Shown here one piece after another: positions 58,334 to 64,000 of a stretch of 64,000 nucleotides of DNA. A model generated the notes under the pieces. It ran no database searches and was not told the origin of the DNA. It worked only from the letters and a program-made list of their open reading frames with translations. Location: the NCBI GenBank assembly GCA_963818965.1, contig CAWFUG010000010.1:1-64000 (forward strand), in the 5' to 3' direction. This stretch comes from an uncultured Verrucomicrobiae bacterium (lineage in GTDB: Bacteria; Chlamydiota; Chlamydiia; Chlamydiales; Rhabdochlamydiaceae). The position numbers were made by a program, and so were the translations under genes. Position 1 is the first letter of the stretch; each line of letters begins with the position of its first letter.

Positions 58334-59857
58334 ATGTCAATCACTTACAACAACACAAAGAGAACAAGTAGATGCTCTACAGCACCTCTACAGCACCTCT
58401 GCACCAAAGCGGAAAAACAGCGGGACAATTGTCCCAAATTCTGCATGCTCCTCACACAGATCCACCCGCTTTTCGAGGAATTACGGAAAGAAAATCTACC
58501 CGAAAGCGAAGAGATCTCTCAGCTATCTGAGCGAGTCACAAGCTTGCAGCTTGCGACTTTTAACTTGCAGGGGCTGTGTGAAATTCAAGAGATTGCGTTC
58601 TCATTCTTTTCCTACTTGTCGTCTCAAGAGAGAATCCCCGTTCTCTGCGTGAACAAAGACTGGAATGCTGCATTTCAAGAATTTGCAAAAGTGGAGACCC
58701 ACAATACAGTAACAGCGCATCTAGACTGCTTAAAACACAACCTAAATGTATTAGATGCTCACCTAAATAGCTTTCCCGATCGCGAAACCGCCTCCTCCAT
58801 CCGATGCCTTATTCACAATAGCCAAAGGAACCTTCAAAATTTCAACCGTGCGCATTGGTACTCAGAAAATAAATGGAGTGTTTTCGATGTGGAAGATCTT
58901 GAAACGGACATACAAAGTACCCTTGCCAATGCGCTTAAAGCAGTGGAGCCTCAAAACTGCAATGCCCTCCTTTCTTGCATTGAAAAAGACCACCCCTCTG
59001 CTTTTTTCGAATCCTTACGATTCCTTATTCCCCTTTTTAGCGAGTTGGATCAGCCCAATCTTTCAAATGAACGCCTTTATGATATTGTTACAATTTTGAT
59101 CGATTACGAACAATTCGGGAAAGCCTATGAACAAATCCCCCTGATAGATGCAAAATACACCCGTCGAGAGGCAGCCCAGGATCTTATCAGGAACTTGGCC
59201 AGAGTGGGAAGACTTAACAATGCTTTAGAGCTCGCCCAGATATTGCTAACCGATCCTGCAAGGTGGCTCCCTCAAGAAGACGACTCCTTACCAGGTATGT
59301 ATGTTACATGTGTTTCAATTCTATGGCAACAACAACGTTTTAATAAAGCCATTGAAGTGATCTCAATCATCAAACAATATCCCTATCAGCACAACAGAGG
59401 AATTAACACCATAGTTGAAGCGTTAGCCGATAAACACCTCTTTAAAAAAGCCATTGAGACAGCTCTTATGGCCAGTACCCCAGACACCCAGATAACCGTG
59501 CTGTTGAAAATCCTTCCCCTCCAAATCGAATTAAACAAATTTGCAGAAGCTGTAGAAACTGTACTTATTCTGAAAAAATTGATTCTAGAAATCGCAGAAG
59601 ATCCTAAACTAAAAGAAGTAACATCTGAAAAAACTGTCTCATGCGCTGGCTTTATTATGAAAATACCTAGTAAATATTTCAAAGAAAAGGGAACTGATAA
59701 AATGACTCAGCTCTCGATTAATGAACTCCTATCCATCGCAGAAAAAAAGATGCAAATCGGGGAATTTGCCATTGCCACACAAATCTCAAAGCTGATCCCT
59801 GCTAATAATAAAGAAGCTCATGCGCAATTGACAAACTTATTTGAAACATACTTCTAG
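58334..59857 (+). CDS. F-box-like helical protein (putative effector)
   Basis: EIAFSFFSYLSSQERIPVLCVNKDWN followed by TPR-like helices. Confidence 0.72.
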   Translation: MSITYNNTKRTSRCSTAPLQHLCTKAEKQRDNCPKFCMLLTQIHPLFEELRKENLPESEEISQLSERVTSLQLATFNLQGLCEIQEIAFSFFSYLSSQERIPVLCVNKDWNAAFQEFAKVETHNTVTAHLDCLKHNLNVLDAHLNSFPDRETASSIRCLIHNSQRNLQNFNRAHWYSENKWSVFDVEDLETDIQSTLANALKAVEPQNCNALLSCIEKDHPSAFFESLRFLIPLFSELDQPNLSNERLYDIVTILIDYEQFGKAYEQIPLIDAKYTRREAAQDLIRNLARVGRLNNALELAQILLTDPARWLPQEDDSLPGMYVTCVSILWQQQRFNKAIEVISIIKQYPYQHNRGINTIVEALADKHLFKKAIETALMASTPDTQITVLLKILPLQIELNKFAEAVETVLILKKLILEIAEDPKLKEVTSEKTVSCAGFIMKIPSKYFKEKGTDKMTQLSINELLSIAEKKMQIGEFAIATQISKLIPANNKEAHAQLTNLFETYF

Positions 59858-59891
59858 TAGGACACCTTAAAAATAAAAAAGGATACACATC

Positions 59892-61384
59892 ATGTCATCA
59901 TCTTGCGGATCGCTTACAACAAAACAGAGGGCACAAATCGATGCGCTCAAAGAGCTCTGTACCCAAGCAGAAGACGCATCCGGCAATCAATCTGATTTCA
60001 ATGCGCGTGCTACCCAGCTCTATGCAGCAGTAAAGAGTGCCGAGAAGTTATGGAATGAAGAGCCTCTACCTTCTATCGAAGAAGTGGCTCTCTTAGCGGA
60101 AAGGATCGAAATCATTCAGCTCAGGGCTTTCGACTTGCCAGGGATGTGTGAGGTCAAAGAGATTGCTTTTAGCTTCTTTTTCTCCTTGTCGCCTCAAGAC
60201 AGAATCTCCTTTCTCTATGTAAATAAAGACTGGAATGCGGCGTTTCAGGAATTTGCACAAATGGAGACCCATAATAAAGTAACAGCGCATTTGGGATGCT
60301 TAAAACACAATCTAGCTGTATTAGATGCGCATCTAGGTGCTCCTCTCGATCAAGAGACCGCCTCCTCCGTCCGATGGCTCATTCGCAATCCCATCCAAAG
60401 AACCCTTCAAAATTTCAATCATAGCGCATGTTTACCAAACACAGAACTGGAGTGTTTTCGACGTGGAAGATGTGGAAGCGGACGTCAAAGAGACTCTCAG
60501 CCATGCACTGAAACCGCTAGGTCCTGAAAAAGTTAGTCGAATTCTTCGATTCCATTCCCAAAAAACACACTTCTGCTTTTTTTAAATCCTTACAAAATCT
60601 CACTAGCTGTTACATCGGAATAGACCAGCATCCCGACCCAAAAGAAGCAAGAGTCTTCTATTTTCCTGTATTGACTGCACTAAACGCCTTCGGAAAAGTC
60701 TATGAATTCATTTTGAACAAAGACCTAGGTCCCTGGAATCGAGTCTCCTGTGTGACGCTCTTGTCAGGCTTGACTCCATTAGGTAGATATGAAGAGGCCT
60801 TCAATCTCGTCCGAATAGCGACGGTAGATCCACAACAACTGGATCTCACTGCAGAACAAGGAAAAGAACTATGCTTTCAATTTATTAAAATCCTATGCAA
60901 GGAAGGACGTTTTAATAAAGCTTTTGAAACGCTTGAACTGATTCGGGATGTATCGAACAGACATTATCTAGAAGGAATTAAGACCCTTGTCGAATCATTA
61001 GGCCAGAGAAGGCTCGCTAAGAGAGCTAGGGAGATCGCACTCCTGTATCCTGATCAAGAAAAACGGATCCTACTCCTTTTGAGGATCGCCCAACAGTCCA
61101 ACTTAATAGGACGAGAAAAATTTACAGAAGCAGCTGAGCTCATACTCTCAATTAAAACGCAGCTTTCAGAATTTAAAGACTCAGCAATGAAATTTGAAAA
61201 AACCTGGTGGCTTAAATACGCCACTTTGATTCACAACACTCCTCAGGAATCCTTAGAAAAGGTAGGGCTTAGAAAGACGCGAGAACTCGAATCAATCGCG
61301 AACCAATTGTTAAGCAAAAAACATTTCAAGGAAGTGGAACAGATCTTAGACTGGATCCCCGCTAAAGAGAGTGAAGCGCGCTAG
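59892..61384 (+). pseudogene. Paralog of 58334-59857 broken by two +1 frameshifts (or sequencing errors)
   Basis: Homology passes from ORF 59892 to the 60337 frame (about 60423) and then to the 60671 frame (about 60546). Confidence 0.75.
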
Positions 61385-61445
61385 CGTATTTCTACTCTTC
61401 TTGCACGTCGTTCAGGAGCTCTTTTTTCAGAAATTTAACCCCATA

Positions 61446-61479
61446 AAAAAACCCCAGTAACTTTGCAGCTACTGGGGTC
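61446..61479 (-). terminator. rRNA operon terminator
   Basis: accccagta...tactggggt with A-tract on the + strand (U-tract on the - strand). Confidence 0.8.
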
Positions 61480-61490
61480 GGTTGAAAAAA

Positions 61491-61606
61491 GCTTGGCGGC
61501 GACCTACTCTCCCGTACTCTTGAGCACAGTACCATCGGCGATGAAGGGCTTGACTTCTGAGTTCGGTATGGGATCAGGTATTTCCCCTTCTCCATTGCCA
61601 CCAAGA
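61491..61606 (-). rRNA. rrf: 5S rRNA
   Basis: Reverse complement of 5S: ggcggcgacctactctccc...agtaccatcggcg...gttcggtatgggatcagg. Confidence 0.97.
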
Positions 61607-61754
61607 CAAGATCGTCGAATAAAATTAGAAAGTCTTCACTTATGAAAATTGACGCTTGAGATTCTTATATTTTACCACATTGGTGCTCATAATTAACAGC
61701 ACCTACAATGACTCAATCCCTAGATCCTAGGAATCATGCCATTGAGGAAAAATA

Positions 61755-64000
<2,246 letters not shown>

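Overview
Chromosomal segment of an environmental Chlamydiae (Chlamydiota) bacterium. The assignment is inferred from Chlamydia-like gene order (mnmA, ptsN-ptsN-dut-accD-sod, hemC-radA-rnc; hemG, hemE-tkt, alaS-mfd, amn, efp, yajC-rlmD-hctA), an Inc-like protein and a MOMP-like porin. The window ends inside an rRNA operon (5S plus 3' part of 23S, minus strand). Accessory content: an Emr-type efflux operon, six F-box-like putative effector genes (including a tandem array of three large paralogs with variable numbers of a 43-aa PPR/TPR-like repeat), a porin / GT17 / Inc-like cluster, and an islet with an AbiEi/AbiEii type IV toxin-antitoxin pair. The most striking non-coding signal is a family of TATA-ended long palindromes (about 80-170 bp; five full copies plus several remnants). 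Their arms differ in sequence but they share one architecture. One sits in frame inside a gene, one in a stop codon, and others form the 3' ends of core genes. A second, unrelated ACCACAGAG REP/BIME-like repeat occurs 8 times. No transposase, integrase, CRISPR array or tRNA was recognised. All calls are by eye; no database searches were run.
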